Shown here piece by piece: positions 49,251 to 58,624 of a DNA stretch of 64,000 nt. This DNA is from Deltaproteobacteria bacterium (GTDB lineage: Bacteria; Bdellovibrionota_C; UBA2361; JANWWW01): assembly GCA_025055295.1 (NCBI GenBank), contig JANWWW010000001.1, forward strand, positions 1,513 to 65,512, read 5' to 3'. Every line of letters begins with the position of its first letter. The first letter of the stretch is position 1. The notes beneath the pieces were generated by a model, which worked only from the letters and a program-made list of their open reading frames with translations, did not search any database and was not told the origin of the DNA. A program made the position numbers and the translations under genes.

Positions 49251-50537
49251 ATGGTGTTTGCAGTAATTCTATTCTTCGTTTTCGTCTCTTGCTCCTCAAT
49301 AAATGAAAAACCTATTCAAGGGTTTAATTCGGATTTCATACAGTTCTTAAAAACCTTAATTGACTCCAATGAGCTCTTCAAAGCGTTAGAAGACACGGAA
49401 AATTCGGAAACATACTTAGCCAAGCTTAACACCCTCCGATCTCAAAAAGAGTTGCTTAACGTCGACGCTTTTGGATTTTTTCCAAAAGGTGAATTACTTC
49501 TCAATATCGGGGATAAACCCTTCCTATCACCAGGGAGTACCAATACGGAATTGAGAACTTACTGGGACATGGATATCCTCGGATTGCAAAGAAAAATATA
49601 CCAGTCAAACAAAGCTTTGGTTGAAGCAGGGGAAAATGATCTTATATGGTTGGACAGATTGCTTAAATATCAGATTGCGTTGAACTATGTTACAGTCGCG
49701 TTTTTTAACAGATACAAGGAAATCGTAGCAGACACTTGCACCCGCCTTCAGGATATTTACAACGTAGCTGAAAAAAAATTCACCTTGGGCGTTCTAACAA
49801 AAGATCAGGCTATTCTGGCTAAATTAGAAGCAAGACTATGCGAGGATGAATTACTTCGGGCAAGTCTTGACATACTTGAAGCCATAAAGAATATACGAGG
49901 TCTGTATCCCAGCTCCTCTGATTTTGCTTTTACCCTCTCTCTTAAAGATCGCCCTCAAATAAAGACAGACCTTGATGTAGTCAAAATAGCCATGTCGCGT
50001 CCTGACGTTAGAGCTGCTTTAAAAAAAATGGAAGCTGCTACAAAAATTAAAGATGCTTCTATTTTGTCTGCACTGCCAAAGATTACTCTAGAAGGCATCA
50101 TGTCAGTTTCTACAGACACGCTCGCTGATATTGATCCAAGTGATTTCGATGGTTATTTGGCTATTAATTTTTTTCAGCCACTTCTTAGCTTAGTTGAAAA
50201 AGCCTTTAAATCTAAAAGCTCACATTATTTGTCGTTGGCCTCGTTACACGAGTTCAACCACGCGGTAAACACGGTCGTTGCAGAGGTCATTTGGACGATT
50301 AACACGCTCCAGGTTGCCAAAAAGCGACTTGATTTGCTGTCTGAGGGGGTCGAAGAATACAGAGAGGCAGTAAAAATATCCAATATGCGCTTTAGAGAAG
50401 GTTTATCAAATCTCATTGAAGTTTTGAAAGTTGAAGCGAATTATTTTAAGTTCCTGACCCAGAAAAATTTTTCAGAATATATGTTGGTTGTTTCCTATTT
50501 AAATCTTGCCAAAAGCGTCCCCAACCTTATTGAATGA
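49251..50537 (+). CDS. TolC/OprM-family outer-membrane efflux lipoprotein
   Basis: Lipobox-like FVSC; WDMDI.G, RPDVRAA, LP.I.L, R.REG....EVL repeat pattern. Confidence 0.85.
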   Translation: MVFAVILFFVFVSCSSINEKPIQGFNSDFIQFLKTLIDSNELFKALEDTENSETYLAKLNTLRSQKELLNVDAFGFFPKGELLLNIGDKPFLSPGSTNTELRTYWDMDILGLQRKIYQSNKALVEAGENDLIWLDRLLKYQIALNYVTVAFFNRYKEIVADTCTRLQDIYNVAEKKFTLGVLTKDQAILAKLEARLCEDELLRASLDILEAIKNIRGLYPSSSDFAFTLSLKDRPQIKTDLDVVKIAMSRPDVRAALKKMEAATKIKDASILSALPKITLEGIMSVSTDTLADIDPSDFDGYLAINFFQPLLSLVEKAFKSKSSHYLSLASLHEFNHAVNTVVAEVIWTINTLQVAKKRLDLLSEGVEEYREAVKISNMRFREGLSNLIEVLKVEANYFKFLTQKNFSEYMLVVSYLNLAKSVPNLIE

Positions 50538-50754
50538 CCTTTTGAAACTCCCTTATTTTCTCCTCAAGGCTCCGGACCAGCTCAATAACTCTTTCACGCA
50601 CGTCTTCGCAAACGATTGAGATCAAAGTGCCTGTTTGACTAATCGTTAAATCTGAGTTGGCGGTTTCCTTTGCAATCCATAAAGCCAAGCTCTCAAGATG
50701 CTCGAGTCGACTTTCGATCTCAATTAATTCCCTAACAGAGTACAAATCACCCAT
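50527..50754 (-). CDS. Small helical hypothetical protein
   Basis: 75-aa ORF with ATG start and coiled-coil character filling the gap. Confidence 0.65.
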   Translation of the reverse strand: MGDLYSVRELIEIESRLEHLESLALWIAKETANSDLTISQTGTLISIVCEDVRERVIELVRSLEEKIREFQKVIQ

Positions 50755-50893
50755 TTAAACTTTTGATTATTGTTTGTGACACCTGGTTGAAAAATAAATT
50801 TTATCTAAAAAAATTTGAAACTTTTGCCGTTATTTAAGAATCAAATAAATTAGAGTCCTCTAAGTCTTATTTTGACCGCAGCGCCGGGGCTGG

Positions 50894-51718
50894 TTGCCGG
50901 ATCAAATGTTCGGCACACCAGCCTTTTTTGTTTATAATTTTTGCGTGATTGCGGCGGGAATCTTGGCATTTTTTGCGGTTTTGCTTTACCGATTTGAAAT
51001 AAGTTATGCTACTGTCCGGGCTTCCAGTTTTATCAGTGGCGTGTCTTATCACAGGTATGGGTTCCCTCCAAAAAGGGCTTTTTTAGCCAAAATCAATATT
51101 TCAAATCACAAAGATAACCTTAGAGTGGTTGATGCCAAACGACTAAAAAGAGAAAGTGTTAATGTAATGTCTTTTGTATCAAGCCATGCTGTTGAAGCAT
51201 GCGTAAATGGCTCCTTTTATACTGAAACCAACGAACCGATAGGTCTGCTTGTGTCAAGAGGTAAAATTATAAATCCGGTTCACTCCTCCAAGGGGACGTT
51301 AAGGTCTATTCTGTCTAGCACTTTATCATCAGGTTTGGTCGTTCAAGATATTCACTCAAATGTTCCACATGACACTCTTGAGGCTATTCAAGGCGGAACA
51401 ACCTTTGCGTCTGTTGAGAAATTTCTAAAAACAGTATCCTATGTGTCGGCTGCCAAATCTCTAGTATGCTTGAAAACCGATCGGGACTTTGAGCTAATAT
51501 CTTTTTCAGCTTTATTTGAGGACTCCCGAAAACTTAAACCCTTTATAAGCGAAGATTGCTCAAAGTTAGTGACATTAGACGGTGGAAGCTCGTCCTCACT
51601 GTGGTTTAAAGTCAAAAGGACCTCAGCAAACGTGTCAGGCGTAAATCAAAACGCTTATGTTCCAGTCATGTTATGTATCTTGCCAGCTGAAGAATTAGGT
51701 GATAAACTCCAAAAATAA
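50894..51718 (+). CDS. Phosphodiester glycosidase (NAGPA-like) family protein (start uncertain)
   Basis: NGSFY, P.GL.V..G, LDGGSS, VP; N-terminal TM. Confidence 0.75.
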   Translation: MPDQMFGTPAFFVYNFCVIAAGILAFFAVLLYRFEISYATVRASSFISGVSYHRYGFPPKRAFLAKINISNHKDNLRVVDAKRLKRESVNVMSFVSSHAVEACVNGSFYTETNEPIGLLVSRGKIINPVHSSKGTLRSILSSTLSSGLVVQDIHSNVPHDTLEAIQGGTTFASVEKFLKTVSYVSAAKSLVCLKTDRDFELISFSALFEDSRKLKPFISEDCSKLVTLDGGSSSSLWFKVKRTSANVSGVNQNAYVPVMLCILPAEELGDKLQK

Positions 51719-51721
51719 TTA

Positions 51722-52198
51722 ATGGAAGGATTAAAACAATACGCGTTTAAAGAGTTTACAGCATCCGAAGTTTGCCAGATACTCAGACAATTACTGGGCG
51801 AAAGAATAAAAATTGGATTGCCCTTGATAAATTTTTATACACGTTCCGGATTGATTGTGCCAACTGGTAAGACGATCTACAGAAAGAAGAGGAAGTACTC
51901 GTTTTATGATCTCGTATTGTTTTATTGGCTTTTTCGAATGAAGCGGGAAGGGGTTCATTTGAGCAAGTTTAAATCTGCCTGTGAAATACTCCGCAAAAAA
52001 ATTAAATCAAAAAAAGATCTTCTGTCTTTTGTGCTCGCTACAGATGGCGAGAGGATTTACGTTAGATCCGGTAAAAGCGTAAACAATCTAGTGGGTCAGA
52101 TATTATCCGGCAAAAACAGGGGTCAGTATATTTGGATTTTTGGCTTCAAAAATATTGCAGACGAATTAAAGAGTGTGGTTGCTCAAACTCAATATTGA
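51722..52198 (+). CDS. MerR-like HTH transcriptional regulator
   Basis: FTASEV....FY...GLI.P......R.YSF.DL.....MKREG. Confidence 0.7.
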   Translation: MEGLKQYAFKEFTASEVCQILRQLLGERIKIGLPLINFYTRSGLIVPTGKTIYRKKRKYSFYDLVLFYWLFRMKREGVHLSKFKSACEILRKKIKSKKDLLSFVLATDGERIYVRSGKSVNNLVGQILSGKNRGQYIWIFGFKNIADELKSVVAQTQY

Positions 52199-52446
52199 AA
52201 TGTTTTGGTTTTAAACAGAGACTTTGCTATATTCGGCTCGTTAAAAAAGTAACACTTTTACCAAACTGAGTACAGGAAGAGTGTGTGAAAATTAGTGTTT
52301 ATCTAATCTTCTTACCTCCTTGTTTTATTTTTCTATTCCTCTCGCTTATCTTGTGGAACAAATAAGCAATTTTTACCTGCTCAGGATAGACCATCCCCTA
52401 GGTTGTTGAATATGTCGGTCTTATCCTGTTAAACACTACCCTGATG

Positions 52447-53160
52447 GGGGGCGTCCCTTTATTTGTGTAAATTTAGTTTGTAGTATACGGTAATAGATTT
52501 TAGAAGGAGGAACAAGACATGACAAGACAAGATTGTATGGATCCTCTAAAAAGGTTTTAACAAAAACCCATAGCTATGCAAGGAAACCGTCATAGGGGCA
52601 AAGAAATATGAAAGAAACCCCGAACGAAGGAACTACCGTAATGGTACTTACAAAAGACTTGTTAAAATAACCCTAGGTGACACCGAAATTGAAATACCTC
52701 GGCATAGAAATGGTAAGTATAAACCAGTGTTATTACAAATAAGAAAAAGAAGTTTTATCAGACTACAGAAAGAAAGTGTTCCCCTCTTTCAGAGATAGAG
52801 CTTAAGGAGTTTAAGGCTAAGTGGAATGGTAAATATCCAGATGTAGTCAAGATGTGGGAGAAGGACTTTCAATCCATTACATCCTTTTTCAAGTATCCGT
52901 TTGAGCTTAGAAGACTTATTACAACTACTAATGTCATCGAGAGTGTCAACAGCAAGCTAAGGAAGGTGTTATATGCCAAAAGGTCAATGCCATCAGAGAG
53001 GGCGCTACTTAAGGTATGTTATGGTGTTTACTTAGACCTTTACAAGAGGTGGTCGAGGCAGAGTATTGCTAACTGGTATATAATCAACAAACAACTTGAA
53101 ATTTTGTTTGACAAACATGAGTGAGTGTGTGAGAATTTACACAACTATTGGGAAAATCCC
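52447..53160 (+). mobile_element. Internally deleted IS256-family element (non-autonomous)
   Basis: Imperfect TIRs 52447-52473 and 53134-53160 (20/27 match, shared TTGTGTAAATT); N-terminal transposase remnant YERNPERRNYRNG..R..K.T.G..EI.IPR.RNG (~52600-52730); C-terminal remnant KYP...W...F.YP..LRR.I.TTN.IES.N (to 53124). Confidence 0.88.
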
Positions 53161-54213
53161 TAGTTATTCTTTTTTTGTAAAATTTCTCTACTTAACTTAA
53201 TTCTCTGATTACTTTTCGATTCTCTCATATGGTAGATAAACATGGGGGTATATTTGTATTTTGCGATCTTAGTGTTGGTAAGATTTTGAGCACTTAAGTT
53301 TTAAAAGTTTTACCAACAATTAATCAGTCAGCAATCGTTTTGAAAAACAGAATTTTAAGAAAAACATCGAAAATCCTCTGAACAAACTGACTTAAATTTT
53401 GTTGATAGTTATTCAAATTTGTGGGAGCAAAAACCAAAACGACATAACTTTCTCACCGATGCAGGGGAATATATCAAATTTTAAGCCACGACTTTATAAT
53501 GAGCATAAAAAACCGGTCTAAACTGGTTCATCCAAAAAAACATAAATTACAGAAAAATGAATGTAGACCTTCGATCTAACGAAAATCGTAAAGGCTGTAG
53601 AATTACCTGATTGCCCGTGTTACTCAGATATTGCTAAGGAATATTTTAAACCAGTGACAACAGAGAAATTTTTTGGTCCTGAAGAAATAATTAAACCGTT
53701 TGTTGAGAGTATGGCGAAAGTTTTCTCCCAAAATAATCGACGAAAAAAATTAAATATCTCTTATCAAACTATCGGCCCCTTTTGACTAAAATTTTTTTAA
53801 ATTAAGGAATGCCCAGCGGATTAAATTGAATATTCAAAAAAGCATAAAATATTCGTATGGCTCAATAGAGAGCGTTAATCTTCTTAAAATCGAATAAAAC
53901 ATTTTAATGGTCTAACTCCCTAAATTATGTTGTTTTTTTTTCTTTTTGGTTCTTTTGTAGCGTAACTGCCGTTTTAAAGACAGCGAAAAACTTGATGGTA
54001 GTACCCGTTTCTAACTAAATTATCTCTATCAATGTCGTCTGGGTTGTTGATTCCTTATCGCCTGAAAAATTTAAATAATCAAGCCCGATTGTCCACTTTG
54101 AATATTCTTTATCGTGTCTCGCACCTAGAAGGAGTCTATTCTCCGGTTTTTATTAACACTAAATCTAAACAATTTCGCGTTCACTTGGCCAAATTCTTTA
54201 TAAAAAACAACCA

Positions 54214-55329
54214 CTAAAATTGATCGTCATGTTTAGGCCTATTTTCGCTAATTCTTTTCTTGAGCCTTCTGAAAACAGACTCGTACAACGCTTCCCTTGC
54301 TCCTCCGCCTATGGGAAGCAACCGCAAATCTCTGTCTATTCTTTCAATTAGGTAGTCCTTTGTGTAGCCATAGCCACCGTAAAACTGTAAAACCTGATCC
54401 GCTATCTCGCACAACTTGTCCGAAACATAAGATTTAAGCACCGTGCTAAATTCGAAGTTATCCTTGGAAGCGGCTTGCTGTAAAAAATAAGAAAATAGCG
54501 AAAGCTGCGACACTGCTTTATTAATGAATTTTTTGAACAAAGGGTAAGATGAAAGAGGTCTTCCTTTAATTATCCGGGTCGAGGCAAAAGGTTGAAGGTC
54601 TTTTAACGCTCTTCTGGTTAATCCTATTCCTATCGCTGACAATACAAGTCTTTCAAACGAAAGACTTTCCTGAACATACTGCAACCCTTGACCAAGATTT
54701 TGTCCAAGAAGTTCAGCAGGGGTGTCCCGAAATGTCAATATGCAAGTGTCTGAGGAATGCCAACCAAGTTTGTCAAGCTTAGACTCTACGAATACAGTAT
54801 CGCCTTTTGTTAAAAAAATATTGTAGGTACCCTCGCATTTTCCAAAAACCAAAATCAAATTTGCCCGCGCGCCGTTGGTGATGAATGTTTTTTGACCGTT
54901 TAGAATAAATCCGTTATCAGTTTTTTGTCCCGAGGTTCTTATGGCACGAAGGTCTGTGCCTGATTGAGGTTCGGTAAATGCATAAGCACAAATGATTTCT
55001 CCTGACGCTATTTTTGGCAGATACAGGGCTCTTTGCTCGTCCGTACCATGCTCCATGATTGCTTTTGCGCAAACTATGCTAGACATTGCAACTCCAACAG
55101 TGAATCCCATGCATGGAATTTCGCCAAAGGTTTCCAGCCAACGAAGAACCTGCTCCTTTTCTAGGCCCAAACCACCATACTTTTCCGGAATTATTAGTCC
55201 CAAAAAGCCTGCTTTGGAAAGTTTGTCAAACACGGAATTTGGAAACCATTTACGTTCTTCCCACTCCATAACATGCGGTTCAATTGCAGCAGAACAAAAT
55301 TTTTTAGTAAGCTCGATCAGGTCCTCCAT
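54214..55329 (-). CDS. Acyl-CoA dehydrogenase
   Basis: G.LG..IPE.YGG.G, AFTEP.SG.D, LNG.K.FITNG, KLG...SDT, FERL, Q.YGGYGY. Confidence 0.94.
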   Translation of the reverse strand: MEDLIELTKKFCSAAIEPHVMEWEERKWFPNSVFDKLSKAGFLGLIIPEKYGGLGLEKEQVLRWLETFGEIPCMGFTVGVAMSSIVCAKAIMEHGTDEQRALYLPKIASGEIICAYAFTEPQSGTDLRAIRTSGQKTDNGFILNGQKTFITNGARANLILVFGKCEGTYNIFLTKGDTVFVESKLDKLGWHSSDTCILTFRDTPAELLGQNLGQGLQYVQESLSFERLVLSAIGIGLTRRALKDLQPFASTRIIKGRPLSSYPLFKKFINKAVSQLSLFSYFLQQAASKDNFEFSTVLKSYVSDKLCEIADQVLQFYGGYGYTKDYLIERIDRDLRLLPIGGGAREALYESVFRRLKKRISENRPKHDDQF

Positions 55330-55377
55330 TCAAACTGATTATTCTAAAAACCGTTCTTAAAAGCTAGAATAAAGTGA

Positions 55378-55707
55378 ATGACCGAAATTCAATCGGAAGA
55401 AAGCTTGCTTAAAGAGAAAACACTTGATGTATTAAAAAACGTCAAAGACCCCGAACTTGGTCTTGACGTCGTATTCCTTGGCTTAATCCGGGGCCTTGAG
55501 TTTAAAAAGCAATCGGATGAAAAATTTAGCGTGATCATCAAGCTTACTTTGACATCGCCTTCATGTCCCTACGCTGGTCAAATGGTTGATCATGTTAAAA
55601 CAGTTGTTTCTCAACTAGACTTTGTACAAGATGTTCAAATTTCATTAGAATTAATCCCACCATGGGAACCACCCGAAGAAGTAAAAGAATTATTCGGATG
55701 GTCATAA
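55378..55707 (+). CDS. SufT/DUF59 metal-sulfur cluster assembly protein
   Basis: V.DPEL...V.LGLI, LTLTSPSCP, PPW.P. Confidence 0.9.
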   Translation: MTEIQSEESLLKEKTLDVLKNVKDPELGLDVVFLGLIRGLEFKKQSDEKFSVIIKLTLTSPSCPYAGQMVDHVKTVVSQLDFVQDVQISLELIPPWEPPEEVKELFGWS

Positions 55708-55744
55708 AATTTCAGTTTAAAAAATCATGTCGTAAAAGATAATT

Positions 55745-56503
55745 ATGCATGACCTGCAATTGTCGTTCGAGCCGAAAGAACTGGAAGAACTGAATGACTT
55801 ACTGGAAAGAGCTTTTCGATCAGGAGAATTCGAGCAAATTTACGGATCTTTGGAAGAAACTATAAGGTCACTCGAGGACACCAAATCCCAAAAAGCATTT
55901 ATAGCAAAACTTGCCTTTGAGGAAGGCAGATGCACTACAGATCTAGAGTGCCTTACCTTACAGCGCTTAAGTTCAATCAAGACGGGAGTTTCGCTAAGAG
56001 GTTTTTTTAATCCTCTCTCAGGGGTTAGATATCCGGAATTACCAGATCAAAAAACAGAACATGTTTTCATTAATCCGGTATCGCTTGATACTACGTCCCA
56101 AGATATTATTGTTGACGCTGATTTTGGTCAATATGTTTTTATATGCTGGATGTCGCTGACGGTTGGCTCGTTGTCTCAAGCCATCAGTGTTGTTTTGAAC
56201 CACTGCAAATCAAGAAAGCAGTTTGATCGCGAGATCGGGAGTTTTCAGTTAGTTCAAGAGAATATCGTAAAAAATTTTTTAAATTTTTTAAAATTTCGCG
56301 CCAGTTTAATTTACAGCCTTAATGAAGTTGGGAATTCGCTGGACCTTATTAAGATTTCGCTCAAAAATTACCTGAGCAACTTCAGAGACACTTCAGATTT
56401 GCTCATACAATGTTGTGGAGGTATTGGCTTTACCGAGGAATTCGGGTTAAGTGTTTTTTTCAGAAGATTTTTAAGATTGCTCGACATTATTGATTTTGAA
56501 TGA
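55745..56503 (+). CDS. Short acyl-CoA dehydrogenase-like protein (C-terminal domain)
   Basis: RKQFDREIGSFQ.VQ, Q..GGIGFTEE; N-terminal and middle domains reduced. Confidence 0.75.
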   Translation: MHDLQLSFEPKELEELNDLLERAFRSGEFEQIYGSLEETIRSLEDTKSQKAFIAKLAFEEGRCTTDLECLTLQRLSSIKTGVSLRGFFNPLSGVRYPELPDQKTEHVFINPVSLDTTSQDIIVDADFGQYVFICWMSLTVGSLSQAISVVLNHCKSRKQFDREIGSFQLVQENIVKNFLNFLKFRASLIYSLNEVGNSLDLIKISLKNYLSNFRDTSDLLIQCCGGIGFTEEFGLSVFFRRFLRLLDIIDFE

Positions 56504-57579
56504 AAATATTCGTGTCATGTGGAGAAACGTCAGGCGACATAATTTTATCCCATGTGATCGTAGAGTTAAAAAAAATTTTGTCTGCCTGCGAATTTACAGG
56601 GCTCTGTGGGAACAGATCTCAGGACTCTGGTGTTCAACAACCGTTTAACGTTAAACACTTTGGCTCATTTGGGCTGCCAGGTTTTCAAACTTTGCTTGAT
56701 CATGCCCGCTTGTATCTTGAAACAAAAAAGTGGCTTGAACACCAAAAGCCAGACCTAGTTATTCTTTGTGATTACGCGGAATTCAACTTTTTGCTTGCCA
56801 AACTCTCGAGTAAGCTCAGAATACCGATTTACTGGATAAGCCCCCCTCAGGTTTGGGCATGGAGAAAATACAGGCTAAGGGTCTTAAAAAAAATACTAGT
56901 TGGAGCCGCTTTGATTTTGCCTTTTGAGGAAATGATATGGGGTGACGGTCAGCGCTTTAGGTTTTTTGCTCATCCCTTGGGTTTTTTAGCTTCAAAGCGC
57001 GTTTGGAAACCAAACCAAAACGTTATCGCCATCTTTCCGGGAAGTCGGTTAAGTGAATTAAAAGCTCATTATAACACGCTTAACGCTTTCGCCCTCAAAG
57101 TGAAAAAGATGGCTCCCTCGGTGCAATTTATCGTTCCTGCGGTACTCAATAAAAATATTGTTTCACGTTTCTTGGATAACAGTCTTTTTTCCTTCTTTGA
57201 TTCATCTCTTGATGTTCTTGAAATATGCGAATTCGCGCTAATAAAGTCCGGCTCTTCAACTGTCGAAGCAACGTGTATGGGAGTGCCCTTTGTATCTTTC
57301 TATCGAGTCAGCCTATTGACCGAGTTTTTTGCGAGAATGTTTTTACGTGTTCACTCTGTAACAGTGGCTAATTTGCTTGTCAAAGATGCAGTGCCGGAAT
57401 TTTTGCAAAGTCAGTTTAACTCTCAAAATCTCGTAAGATATTTCTTCAGTAGGTTTAACAACGAAAAAGACCTCATCATTCAAAAATTAAAATCTGTTAA
57501 ACAAATTTTGCTTCCCAACGACCTTAACCCATTTAGGGAGATTGCCAATCATATTATGTTTTTATGTCAAAAATTTTGA
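56500..57579 (+). CDS. lpxB: Lipid-A-disaccharide synthase
   Basis: GE.SGD, D...FN, PQVWAWR, ILPFE, HP, FPGSR.SE, KSGS.T.E, PE.LQ. Confidence 0.95.
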   Translation: MKIFVSCGETSGDIILSHVIVELKKILSACEFTGLCGNRSQDSGVQQPFNVKHFGSFGLPGFQTLLDHARLYLETKKWLEHQKPDLVILCDYAEFNFLLAKLSSKLRIPIYWISPPQVWAWRKYRLRVLKKILVGAALILPFEEMIWGDGQRFRFFAHPLGFLASKRVWKPNQNVIAIFPGSRLSELKAHYNTLNAFALKVKKMAPSVQFIVPAVLNKNIVSRFLDNSLFSFFDSSLDVLEICEFALIKSGSSTVEATCMGVPFVSFYRVSLLTEFFARMFLRVHSVTVANLLVKDAVPEFLQSQFNSQNLVRYFFSRFNNEKDLIIQKLKSVKQILLPNDLNPFREIANHIMFLCQKF

Positions 57580-57949
57580 GTTATCTCAATTATCACGATA
57601 AAAATTTTCGATAGGCACGATTTTGGATTAGAAGATTTTGCGTTATCGAAAAAAGTCGTATCTGTCAGTAACGTCTTCAGGGAGGATCTTGCCAGATAAT
57701 TTTTCCTTCTTCATTGGCAATCGAGGTTTGAAGCATGTTTTCCGAGCTTTTTGGATGAAGTTGAAATGGAAATTCTCCGTATAACACGACTGTCATCTTA
57801 GCAAAAAATGAAATTTGAAACTACTGTCGCTTGTTCTCTCCCGATGTCTATTTTGTTGAGTTACAGAAATTATCAATATTAAACCTGAAAAGAGGATACG
57901 TCGAGGGGTAAGGTACCTTGAAGATAAGGTCCCTGCTTGTTGAGCCTTA

Positions 57950-58507
57950 TTGTCAACCACTCGTGTTTTGTTTAAACTCGGTAGAGTGATCAAGTTGATT
58001 GCGCTCTTTTGTCTTATGATTGCAAATGCACAAAGTTTGTATGATTTTAAAATTCCTTTGACTAACGGTCAGACTCTCGAACTTGGGTCATTCAGAGGGA
58101 AAGTGGTGGTTTTGGTAAACACTGCTACTAAATGCGGTTTTGCTGGCCAACTGAAGGAATTAGAACAACTGCGATCCATGCATGAGACCAAAGATTTAGT
58201 AGTAATCGCGATACCCACAAACGATTTTGGGGGTCAAGAGCCGCTATCTGGAGAAACCCTTAAAGAGTATTGTACCGCTAAACATGGAGCTAAATATTAC
58301 ATTGCAGATCGAATGTCGATTAACGACCCGCTCTTTAAATTTCTCACAAGAGAGTCAAAGGTAAAACTTAACTCATTCCCTGAAAGAATTTTATGGAATT
58401 TCGAAAAGTTTATTTTTGACAAGGAAGGAAATCTTCGATTCAGGTTTCGATCTCATCAGTCACCGATTTCGGGAAAGTTCAAAAAAGCCGTTGAAAGCCT
58501 GCTATAA
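57950..58507 (+). CDS. Glutathione peroxidase (Cys type; start uncertain)
   Basis: VNTATKCGF, P.NDFGGQEP, WNFEKF. Confidence 0.92.
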   Translation: MSTTRVLFKLGRVIKLIALFCLMIANAQSLYDFKIPLTNGQTLELGSFRGKVVVLVNTATKCGFAGQLKELEQLRSMHETKDLVVIAIPTNDFGGQEPLSGETLKEYCTAKHGAKYYIADRMSINDPLFKFLTRESKVKLNSFPERILWNFEKFIFDKEGNLRFRFRSHQSPISGKFKKAVESLL

Positions 58508-58624
58508 AGATCAAATGTTATGACGCAAAGTTTTCCCTCAAAGACTTACTAGAAAAAATCTTAATTATAAGCGGTTAGTTTTGGAAAACTTGGGGTGATA
58601 ACCTTGGATGGACTAAAATGTTAA

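Noticed and set aside
58120..58145. Selenocysteine in the glutathione peroxidase
   Set aside because: The active-site codon is TGC (Cys), with no in-frame TGA.
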